Assembly: GCA_937888485.1 (NCBI GenBank)
Contig: CALAQQ010000022.1
Location: 1-12,407 of the forward strand
Reading direction: 5' to 3'
From: an uncultured Clostridia bacterium
GTDB taxonomy: Bacteria > Bacillota > Clostridia > Oscillospirales > Acutalibacteraceae
Length of the DNA stretch: 12,407 nucleotides
Positions 5,760 to 12,407 of the stretch are shown here, piece after piece (position 1 is the first letter of the stretch; the number at the start of each line of letters is the position of its first letter). A program made the position numbers and the translations under genes. The notes under the pieces are model-generated. The model saw only the letters and a program-made list of their open reading frames with translations. It was not told where the DNA came from and searched no databases.

Positions 5760-7115
5760 ATGGAAAATTTTGAAATCATACTTGCCGATATTATCGAAAT
5801 GATAAAAAAAGGTGAAATATCGGCTCTTCGTGACTGTCTGACGGAAATCAATGTTGTTGATACCGCTCTGATAATCGAAGAACTCGAACTCAAAGAAAAG
5901 CTCTTCGTTTTCAGAGTTTTGCCGAAAGATATATCTGCGGAGGTTTTTGCTTATCTTGAACCCGAAACCCAGACAGACCTTGTTAAAAAGATAAATGATA
6001 CCGAACTTGAAATCCTGCTTGATGAAATGTTCCTCGACGATACGGTTGACTTTCTTGAGGAGATGCCCGCAAGCGTTGTTACCAGAGTTCTTGCTCACTC
6101 CGACCCCGAAACAAGAAAGCTCATCAACAGATTTCTCAAATATCCCGATGACTGTGCAGGCAGTCTTATGACCATCGAAATGGTTCATCTTCGCACAACT
6201 CTTACCGCTGCAGAGGCTATTGATAAAATAAGAAAAACAGGCATAGACAAAGAAACTGTCTACACCTGTTATTGCATTGATAAAGAGCATCGCCTTCTCG
6301 GAAGTATTCCACTGTTATCTCTGCTCCTCTGCGATAAGGATACACTTGTCGGCGATATCATGGAAGATGATGCCCAGCTCATTTCCGTCAACACTCATGA
6401 TGACCGTGAATATGTTGCTGATATCGTTAAGAAATACGACCTTCTGAGTGTTCCCGTTGTTGATAACGAAAACAGACTCGTCGGCATCATCACCGTTGAC
6501 GATATCGTTGACGTTATCGAAGAAGAAACCACCGAGGACTTCGAAAAGATGGCTTTGCTTGCTCCATCGGATGATGAATATCTTAAAACCGGAGTTTTTA
6601 AACTCGCAAGAAACAGAATACTCTGGCTTCTCATCCTCATGATTTCGGGAACTTTCACCGGAAAGATTATCGAGGGCTACGAAACTCTTCTTTCGGGATT
6701 TGTTGCCTTGACCGCTTCAATGCCCATGCTCATGGGTACGGGCGGTAATGCAGGCAGCCAGGTTTCAACGCTTATCATCCGCGGTCTTGCAGTCGGTGAA
6801 ATTGAAATAAAAGACTATCTTAAAATAGTATTCAAAGAACTCCGGGTTGCTGCAATATGCGGCGGAGTGCTCGCTCTTGCAAATATATTAAGAATGTATT
6901 TATTCTGTGAAGGCACTCTTGCAGTATTCCTTGTCGTTTCGCTCGCGATGTTCTGTGCGATAGTTGTTGCAAAGCTTATAGGCTGTTCGCTCCCGATTTT
7001 TGCAAAAATCATAAAGCTCGACCCCGCACTCATGGCAGGACCGATGATTGCCACTCTCGTTGATATCGTTACTCTTGTCATTTATTTTGCGCTCGCAAAA
7101 GCATTTCTGATTTAA
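5760..7115 (+). CDS. mgtE: Magnesium transporter MgtE, 451 aa from ATG 5760
   Basis: The N-domain (DTALIIEELE, LPKDISAEVFAYLEPETQ), the DDTVDFLEEMP motif, tandem CBS-like segments (GSLMT...; LLSVPVVDNENRLVGIITVDD) and the TM domain with MGTGGNAGSQVSTL are all present. The tracked GTG start at 5721 would place the terminator hairpin inside the gene, so I prefer ATG 5760 (MENFEIIL...). Confidence 0.93.
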   Translation: MENFEIILADIIEMIKKGEISALRDCLTEINVVDTALIIEELELKEKLFVFRVLPKDISAEVFAYLEPETQTDLVKKINDTELEILLDEMFLDDTVDFLEEMPASVVTRVLAHSDPETRKLINRFLKYPDDCAGSLMTIEMVHLRTTLTAAEAIDKIRKTGIDKETVYTCYCIDKEHRLLGSIPLLSLLLCDKDTLVGDIMEDDAQLISVNTHDDREYVADIVKKYDLLSVPVVDNENRLVGIITVDDIVDVIEEETTEDFEKMALLAPSDDEYLKTGVFKLARNRILWLLILMISGTFTGKIIEGYETLLSGFVALTASMPMLMGTGGNAGSQVSTLIIRGLAVGEIEIKDYLKIVFKELRVAAICGGVLALANILRMYLFCEGTLAVFLVVSLAMFCAIVVAKLIGCSLPIFAKIIKLDPALMAGPMIATLVDIVTLVIYFALAKAFLI

Positions 7116-7154
7116 TAAAAAAAAGGCTTGCATCTCTGCAAGCCTTAATTTTTT
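7115..7154. terminator. Bidirectional intrinsic terminator shared by convergent mgtE and the P-type ATPase
   Basis: A perfect 10-bp stem AAGGCTTGCA / TGCAAGCCTT (7123-7132 / 7137-7146) has loop TCTC. An A-run lies on the left and T6 on the right (7149-7154). Confidence 0.8.
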
Positions 7155-9834
7155 ATTTATTCTTGGACATTCCTCTCTGAACCGCCTTGATGATTTCAAC
7201 AATAGGAATAACAAGGAATGCAAGACCGATTGAAATTGCATATGCCTTGAGGTCAAGATGAACAAAGTCAAACATATCTGCAAGGAAGGGGATTTCGATG
7301 ATTGCAGTTGTGAGAACAAGAGAAGCTGCCATTGCGCCGTAGAGAACCCAGTTGTGTGACTTCTGAGCGAATGCCATACCGAGAACAGAGCCTCTCTGTG
7401 AACGCATATTGAATGAATGGAAGATTTCGCACATTGACATTGTAAGGAATGCCATTGTCATGCCTTCGTTGCATTCAGCGATGTTTCTGAACTGCCAATG
7501 ACCTGTTTCAAGGAATTCGCCGATAAAGAATGCTGCAAGTGTGAGAATTGTAACAAGGAAGCCCTGATAGAATACGTCAAAGCCCATACCGCCTGCAAAA
7601 ACGCCCTCTTTGCTGTTTCTGGGTTTACGGTTCATGATGTCTCTTTCAGGTCTTTCAAGACCGAGAGCAAGAGCAGGAATACTGTCTGTTACAAGGTTGA
7701 TGAAAAGAAGATGAACGGGTTTAAGAATTGTAAATCCGAGAATTGTTGCGGTGAAGATTGAAAGAACTTCGGAAAGGTTTGAACCGAGAAGGAACTGGAT
7801 AGCCTTTCTGATGTTGTCATAAATTCTTCTGCCTTCGGAAACTGCGGAAACGATTGTTGCAAAGTTATCGTCTGCAAGAACCATATCTGCAACGTTCTTT
7901 GTAACGTCTGTGCCTGTGATACCCATGCCAACGCCGATATCCGCACTCTTGATTGAGGGTGCATCGTTAACACCGTCGCCTGTCATAGCGGTAATCATAC
8001 CTCTTGCACGCCATGCGTTAACTATTCTTGTTTTATGCTCGGGCTGAACACGTGCATAAACTCTGAATTCGGTAACTCTTTCAGCGAAATCTTCGTCACT
8101 GATTTCATCAAGCTGTGCACCTGTAATAGCGCTTGATGCATCATCAATGATACCAAGCTGTTTTGCGATTGCAACAGCTGTATCCTTATGGTCACCCGTA
8201 ATCATGATGGGAGTAATACCTGCGGAACGGCATTCTTCAATAGCTGCCTTAACTTCAGGACGGGCAGGGTCAATCATACCTGTAAGACCGATGAAAACAA
8301 GGTTATTTTCAAGAGCCTCTGGAGCAAAATCTGCGGGAGCAGAATCATAATTTCTGTAAGCAACTGCAAGAACGCGCAGAGCCTGGTCAGCCATTCTCTT
8401 GTTATCTGCAAGAACAGCAGCCTTAACTTCTTCTGAGAATGCAACGACTTCGCCGTTAACGAGAGCATGAGTGCACTTCTTGAGAATTTCATCGGGTGCG
8501 CCCTTTGTATACTGAACAATACCTTCGGCAGTCTTATGAACGGTTGACATCATCTTTCTGCCCGAATCAAAGGGAGCTTCGCCGATTCTGGGTGCGTTTG
8601 CAACAAGGTCATTCTTGTTGAGGCTGAGTTCGTTTGCATAATAAACGAGAGCTGCTTCGGTGGGTTCACCGGTAACAACGCCGTCTGCATCTATTTCAGC
8701 GTCACAGCAAAGAGCCATAGCCTTTGCGATAAGAGCTTCGTTGTCGCCGTAGTGGTCAACAACAGTCATCTTGTTCTGAGTGAGAGTACCTGTCTTATCG
8801 GAGCAGATAATCTGTGCACAGCCGAGAGTTTCAACAGCTGTAAGCTTTCTGATGATAGCGTTCTTCTTTGACATATTTGTAACGCCGATTGAAAGAACGA
8901 TTGTAACAACAGCGGCAAGACCTTCGGGAATAGCCGCAACTGCAAGTGAAACAGCAACCATGAAGCTTTCAAGGAAAACGTTGAAGCTCAGACCGTTGCC
9001 GAGATATGCGGTAATAACCTGGAATGCGAGAAGTACAACGCAGATTCCGAGAACAAGGTATGTGAGGATTTTTGAAAGCTGTGAAAGCTTAATCTGGAGA
9101 GGTGTCTGACCCTCTTCTGCCTGAGCAATAGCGTCAGCAATCTTACCCATTTCGGTGTCCATACCTGTTGCTACAACAACAGCTTTACCTCTGCCGTAAA
9201 CAACGGTTGAACCCATATATGCCATATTCTTTCTGTCACCGAGAGGAACTTCGCCGTTATCTCCGCCCATGAGAACATTTATAAGCTTATCAACGGGAAC
9301 AGATTCACCCGTAAGAGCCGCTTCTTCAATCTTCATGCTTGCGCATTCAAAAATACGGCAGTCTGCGGGTACAGCGTCACCGGCTTCAAGAACAACAACG
9401 TCACCGACAACAAGGTCTTCACTGCGAACGGAAATAAGCTTGCCGCCACGGATAACCTTCGAGGTTGCGGCACTCATTTCCTGGAGAGCTTCAATTGCGG
9501 CTTCAGCCTTGCTTTCCTGAACAACACCGAGAACGGTATTGATAACAACAACTACCATGATGATAACGGTATCGGTGGGGAATACAAAATGGAAGCTTCC
9601 GTGTTCAAACCATTCTGTGATTGCAGAAATAACTGCGGCAACGATAAGAATGATAATCATCGGGTCGGAAAGCTGTTCGAGGACGCGCTGGAACATTGTC
9701 TTTTTCTTGCCTTCATCAAGCTTGTTTTTGCCGTTTTCGGCAAGTCTCTTTTCGGCTTCGGCGGTTGTTAAACCGTTTTCGGAGCTTTTGATGTGAGAAA
9801 AGACATCGCTGATCTGTTCGAGATAGAATTTCAT
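7153..9834 (-). CDS. P2-type cation-transporting ATPase (Ca2+ / possibly Mn2+ exporter, YloB/SERCA-PMCA-like), 893 aa from ATG 9834
   Basis: Motifs seen: LTGESVPV (A-domain TGES), AIPEGLAAVVT (TM4 PEGL), ICSDKTGTLTQNKM (phosphorylation site), KGAPDEIL, DPARPE, ITGDHKDTA and MTGDGVNDAPSIKSADIGVGMG. The tracked start is TTG 9852. ATG 9834 with GAAAGGA 9 nt upstream is more likely. Confidence 0.92.
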   Translation of the reverse strand: MKFYLEQISDVFSHIKSSENGLTTAEAEKRLAENGKNKLDEGKKKTMFQRVLEQLSDPMIIILIVAAVISAITEWFEHGSFHFVFPTDTVIIMVVVVINTVLGVVQESKAEAAIEALQEMSAATSKVIRGGKLISVRSEDLVVGDVVVLEAGDAVPADCRIFECASMKIEEAALTGESVPVDKLINVLMGGDNGEVPLGDRKNMAYMGSTVVYGRGKAVVVATGMDTEMGKIADAIAQAEEGQTPLQIKLSQLSKILTYLVLGICVVLLAFQVITAYLGNGLSFNVFLESFMVAVSLAVAAIPEGLAAVVTIVLSIGVTNMSKKNAIIRKLTAVETLGCAQIICSDKTGTLTQNKMTVVDHYGDNEALIAKAMALCCDAEIDADGVVTGEPTEAALVYYANELSLNKNDLVANAPRIGEAPFDSGRKMMSTVHKTAEGIVQYTKGAPDEILKKCTHALVNGEVVAFSEEVKAAVLADNKRMADQALRVLAVAYRNYDSAPADFAPEALENNLVFIGLTGMIDPARPEVKAAIEECRSAGITPIMITGDHKDTAVAIAKQLGIIDDASSAITGAQLDEISDEDFAERVTEFRVYARVQPEHKTRIVNAWRARGMITAMTGDGVNDAPSIKSADIGVGMGITGTDVTKNVADMVLADDNFATIVSAVSEGRRIYDNIRKAIQFLLGSNLSEVLSIFTATILGFTILKPVHLLFINLVTDSIPALALGLERPERDIMNRKPRNSKEGVFAGGMGFDVFYQGFLVTILTLAAFFIGEFLETGHWQFRNIAECNEGMTMAFLTMSMCEIFHSFNMRSQRGSVLGMAFAQKSHNWVLYGAMAASLVLTTAIIEIPFLADMFDFVHLDLKAYAISIGLAFLVIPIVEIIKAVQRGMSKNK

Positions 9835-9865
9835 CAAAGTCAATCCTTTCAAAATTTTTCTCTAT

Positions 9866-9912
9866 AAATATAAAAACCTTTGGCAGAGAACGGCAAAATT
9901 CTCTGTCAAAGG
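9866..9912 (-). terminator. Intrinsic terminator forming the expression platform of the yybP-ykoY riboswitch
   Basis: On the minus strand, CCUUUGACAGAGAA (9912-9899) pairs with UUCUCUGCCAAAGG (9890-9877) with one mismatch, followed by UUUUUAUAUUU. The 5' arm contains the 3' strand of aptamer helix P1, so the two structures are mutually exclusive. Confidence 0.75.
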
Positions 9913-10005
9913 TCTTGCTTCCAAAAAGCTGGGTGTCTGCCAGATGCATAAGCAACGGTTGTTGACAGACTGCTCGGAATAATCCGTAAGCTACTCCCCT
10001 TTAAC
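9905..10005 (-). promoter_or_regulatory. yybP-ykoY: yybP-ykoY (Mn2+-sensing) riboswitch aptamer
   Basis: The minus strand reads GUUAAAGGGGAGUAGC...GUCUGUCA...UGGCAGACACCCAGCUUUUUGGAAGCAAGACCUUUGAC. The hallmark 5' AAAGGGGAGUAGC and 3' AGCAAGACCUUU blocks are present, as recalled from the L. lactis and E. coli representatives. P1 is GUUAAAGG/CCUUUGAC, and an 8-bp helix GUCUGUCA/UGGCAGAC precedes the conserved GACA. Confidence 0.85.
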
Positions 10006-10016
10006 TTGTGAGGTAT

Positions 10017-10045
10017 ATTTTACCACAGAGTTATTCTGTTGTCAA
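10017..10045 (-). promoter_or_regulatory. Sigma-A promoter for the riboswitch-ATPase transcript
   Basis: On the minus strand, TTGACA (10045-10040), a 17-nt spacer, and an extended -10 TGgTAAAAT (TAAAAT at 10022-10017). The predicted transcription start (~10010) is just 5' of the aptamer. Confidence 0.7.
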
Positions 10046-10065
10046 TGAATTATTTTCGCGCGTTT

Positions 10066-10950
10066 TTACACTTCATAGAAGAAACCGAGAACCTCTGCAA
10101 GCTGAATGCAGATTCCTTCATACATGAATCTTTCATACGCTTCCTTCTGCAGCAGATTGACGGACTCATTGTTGCTGTTGGTTATTGACGGGAACTGTTT
10201 CTGACCTGAACCGCCGAGACGGATAGTATCAGTTTCCTTATATCCCATTGCGATAACCGAGTCCATGGCGTTTTTTATTTCGAGGCATTCACCTTCAACC
10301 TCTTTGATAAGATAATTCAGAAGATAAATATTTTCGTAATTCGGAACAGTATAGGCATAATTCGTCAGAATTGAGAGCTGTTGTTCCCAGACAGAAACTT
10401 TTATTCGTTCCTCCGAAACTGTGAAAGAGATGTTGTTGCCCAGAGAATCTTTAGTATATAGTCTGTTCAGTTCCGCAAAAATATCCATAAGCGAAAGAAT
10501 ATCGCCTCTTATCTCTTCATATTGCTTGAGACAGGAATTGACCTGATTAAGTGTTGAAGAAAGAGACTCTGCTTCATCAGCAATTTCATCGCTAAGAAAA
10601 TGCTTCACATTCTCAACCTCTGTAACGGATTCAGTCCATTTTTCAATTATAGACGGCTGAAAATCGGTCAACAAAACAGGATAGTTTTCATTGATATCTT
10701 TGCGAAGTGCAAGATAAAGAGAAAGTGCCTCTGCTTTATCGGTACGGATGTTTTCAATCAGTTCGAAAGCCTCTGAATAATCTCGTTTTTCTGTTTTATA
10801 TTGCGAGATTGCAAACCAGAGACTGTTTTTGCAGGCAAGAAAACAAATAATAATAACCAAAAGGGCGCAGATTACCGAAACCGCAGCGATAATCGGTTTT
10901 TTACTGCGATTTTTGACATTGTAATTCTGTTCGATAATTCTGTCTGACAT
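10066..10950 (-). CDS. Hypothetical single-pass (N-in) membrane protein, 294 aa, no recognised domain
   Basis: AAGGTG lies upstream of the ATG at 10950. A short basic N-terminus is followed by one strong TM helix (PIIAAVSVICALLVIIICFLAC) and a ~250-aa acidic, helix-rich extracytoplasmic region. The coding looks convincing (long ORF, no competing frame). It is transcribed divergently from lexA. Confidence 0.7.
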   Translation of the reverse strand: MSDRIIEQNYNVKNRSKKPIIAAVSVICALLVIIICFLACKNSLWFAISQYKTEKRDYSEAFELIENIRTDKAEALSLYLALRKDINENYPVLLTDFQPSIIEKWTESVTEVENVKHFLSDEIADEAESLSSTLNQVNSCLKQYEEIRGDILSLMDIFAELNRLYTKDSLGNNISFTVSEERIKVSVWEQQLSILTNYAYTVPNYENIYLLNYLIKEVEGECLEIKNAMDSVIAMGYKETDTIRLGGSGQKQFPSITNSNNESVNLLQKEAYERFMYEGICIQLAEVLGFFYEV

Positions 10951-11063
10951 AAAACACCTTATAATAATTTTATAACAAGCTATAATTATCCATTATCGAT
11001 TTATTATATCATAAAATATTTATTTTTTAAATACCTGAACAGAAAAAATTTTTCAAAAAATAT

Positions 11064-11103
11064 CAAACAAATGTTTGCATTTTCTGAACATTTGTGCTAT
11101 AAT
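11064..11103 (+). promoter_or_regulatory. lexA promoter with two LexA-box (Cheo-box)-like palindromes
   Basis: The -35 is TTGCAT (11075-11080), followed by a 17-nt spacer and an extended -10 TGcTATAAT (TATAAT at 11098-11103). The palindrome CAAAC-AAAT-GTTTG (11064-11077) overlaps the -35. GAAC-ATTT-GTGC (11086-11097) lies in the spacer and matches GAAC-N4-GTTC at 7 of 8 positions. Confidence 0.6.
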
Positions 11104-11164
11104 ACCCTCAAGGTATATTAAAAACCGCAAATTCATGATAAAACACATAGAAAGAGGTTAAAAT

Positions 11165-11554
11165 ATGAAGCCGATAACACCTATCCAACAGAAAATATAC
11201 GAATTTCTGGTTGAAACGGCAAAAAACGGCATGACCCCGAGTGTTCGAGAAATCGGTGCGGCTGTCGGTCTGCGTTCAACCTCATCGGTTCAGGCAAATC
11301 TCGATGCTCTTGAAGCAGCAGGATATATTCAAAGACCGCCCATGCTCAAACGTTGCATCAAAATTGTCGGTCAGGCAGATAATGTTACTCACGTTCCCCT
11401 GCTCGGTACTGTTACCGCAGGTTCACCGATTCTTGCAGTTGAAGAAATCGAAGGATATCTTCCGTTTTCGATGGTCGGAGCACAGGACAAAGAGCTTTTC
11501 GCTCTTAAAGTCAAGGGCGAAAGTATGATTCAGGCAGGAATTCTTGCCGGCGAC
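11165..11554 (+). pseudogene. lexA: LexA repressor, N-terminal ~130 aa (wHTH, cleavage site, Ser nucleophile); the C-terminal part with the catalytic Lys is replaced by foreign sequence
   Basis: AAGAGG lies 8 nt upstream of the ATG. MKPITPIQQKIYEFLVE...PSVREIGAAVGLRSTSSVQANLDALEAAGYIQR is the LexA DNA-binding domain. VPLLGTVTAGSPI contains the Ala-Gly cleavage site, and KVKGESMIQAGILAGD contains the S24 serine motif. The expected xVIVxxQ...NGDIVVA...KRF continuation is absent. Confidence 0.85.
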
Positions 11555-11792
11555 CGTATAGTGGCGGTTAATGACACTGCAATTGCAGGAGTAAAGATGG
11601 AACGCTCCGAAATAATGCGTCGTCTGCGCGGTCCCAAAGGCTCGACCGTCACGCTAACCGTTTCGAGCGCAGGCGCACAACAGCTGTTGGATTTCAAAAT
11701 TACGCGAGATAAAATTCCTCTGTACACAGTAGATGCAGCCTATAAGGTGAACGAATCGACGGGTTACGTCCGCATTAACCGTTTCGCAGCAA
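11555..11792 (+). pseudogene. Fragment of an S41 carboxy-terminal processing protease (PDZ domain region), in frame with lexA
   Basis: RIVAVNDTAIAGVKMERSEIMRRLRGPKGSTVTLTV...FKITRDKIPLYTVDAAYKVNESTGYVRINRFAAT resembles the PDZ segment of Bacteroidota tail-specific proteases (recall only). Arg codons shift to CGT/CGC. Confidence 0.6.
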
Positions 11793-12323
11793 CAATTGTT
11801 GCGTTTGGCCTACCAAAACGCCAACGTGCTGTTGCGCCTTATTAACCAAATATTGGATTTTAGGCGCATTGAATCGGGCAAGATGCAGCTGGATTTGCAC
11901 GAGGCCAACCTAAGTAGCTGCCTAAAAATGTGGACCAAGTCTTTTATGCAATTGGCACAAAAGAAACACATTCACATATCGCTGCAAATAGAACCCAACC
12001 AAGATTACGTATGTGCCTTTGACGTAAGCAAAATAGAACGGGTGTTTTACAACATTACGGCTAATGCCTTTAAGTTTACGCCCGAGAATGGTTTTGTAGC
12101 TATAAAATTGTATAGAGAAGCTGGAGAGAATGGTGCTGTGGTGTTTTCTATAGCCGATAATGGCAGCATTATAACGGCGCAGCAAGCCGAAAAAATCTTT
12201 GAAAACTTTTACCAAATAGACGCCACGCACAGCGAGGGTTCGGGCATTGGATTGGCCCTGGTAAAAAGCTTGGTTACCCTGCATCAGGGTAGCATACACG
12301 TGGAAATAAACGAAGAAAAGCAC
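11793..12323 (+). pseudogene. Fragment of a sensor histidine kinase (end of the DHp helix plus HATPase_c domain), +1 frame relative to the PDZ fragment
   Basis: My own translation (codon phase with starts at multiples of 3) gives QLLRLAYQNANVLLRLINQILDFRRIESGKMQLDL...VSKIERVFYNITANAFKFTPENG (N-box)...IADNGSIITAQQAEKIFENFYQID (G1/F)...GSGIGLALVKSLVTLHQGSIHVE (G2). It is missing from the ORF track because it has no stop before the window end. Confidence 0.75.
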
Positions 12324-12407
12324 GAAAAAGAGCTTTCAGAAGGCTTTGAACATACAACTAACAACCAAATGGAACTTTTAGCTGTCATTGTCGGGCTTGA
12401 AGCCTTG
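12324..12407 (+). pseudogene. rnhA: Fragment of RNase HI, in frame with the kinase fragment and running off the window
   Basis: EKELSEGFEHTTNNQMELLAVIVGLEAL matches the conserved RNase HI segment (E. coli: ...[28 protein letters not shown]). Confidence 0.6.

Noticed and set aside
5700-6290. 196-aa minus-strand ORF
   Set aside because: It is entirely antisense to the well-supported mgtE gene and its leader, with odd composition (Phe/Asn/Cys-rich). It is a shadow ORF.
6900-7319. 139-aa minus-strand ORF spanning the mgtE 3' end, the terminator and the ATPase 3' end
   Set aside because: It crosses a strong bidirectional terminator and overlaps two confident genes out of frame or antisense.
9716-9955. 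79-aa minus-strand ORF overlapping the riboswitch and the ATPase start
   Set aside because: It overlaps the yybP-ykoY aptamer and terminator and the out-of-frame ATPase N-terminus, and it has no RBS.
11241-11528. 95-aa alternative-frame ORF inside lexA
   Set aside because: It overlaps the confident LexA frame and has no independent support.
11922-12323. 133-aa minus-strand ORF
   Set aside because: It is antisense to the histidine-kinase fragment, whose + strand translation contains clear N, G1, F and G2 boxes. It is a shadow ORF.
1-12407. CRISPR arrays, tandem repeats, rRNA/tRNA genes, transposases, integrases and recognisable defence-system genes
   Set aside because: I looked for regularly spaced repeats and for characteristic protein motifs in all tracked ORFs and found none. 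The only notable repeat is the inverted repeat at 5494-5654.

Overview
Most of the window (1-11554) looks like a Clostridia-type Firmicute chromosome, judging by AGGAGG-type ribosome binding sites, a spoVB-like gene and GAAC-N4-GTTC-like LexA boxes. The last ~850 nt are a mosaic of unrelated gene fragments. In order: (1) an internal fragment of a SpoVB/MurJ-like flippase gene (1-~714, +) is fused tail-to-tail to the N-terminal third of a phage major capsid gene. (2) A minus-strand phage packaging/head module follows: small terminase, large terminase, portal, prohead protease/scaffold, small head protein and the truncated capsid gene. It has no tail, lysis, integrase or replication genes. The conserved N-terminal domain of the protease has no ATG/GTG/TTG start. 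(3) A ~350-nt highly structured region lies upstream of mgtE. It has a 26/28-complementary inverted repeat and two terminator-like hairpins, and I could not see the usual M-box hallmarks. (4) mgtE (+) converges on a P2-type Ca2+/Mn2+-like P-type ATPase (-) across a bidirectional terminator. The ATPase is preceded by a clear yybP-ykoY (Mn2+) riboswitch with an overlapping terminator. (5) An orphan 294-aa single-pass membrane protein is transcribed divergently from lexA, whose promoter carries two LexA-box-like palindromes. (6) From ~11555 the lexA reading frame runs into a Bacteroidota-like S41 protease PDZ fragment, then a histidine-kinase fragment, then an RNase HI fragment. Codon usage shifts across this stretch, so it is most likely a chimeric assembly at a contig end. 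I saw no rRNA, tRNA, CRISPR array, transposase or integrase. The most novel candidates are the non-M-box mgtE leader and the lexA-divergent membrane protein. None of this can be confirmed without searches.
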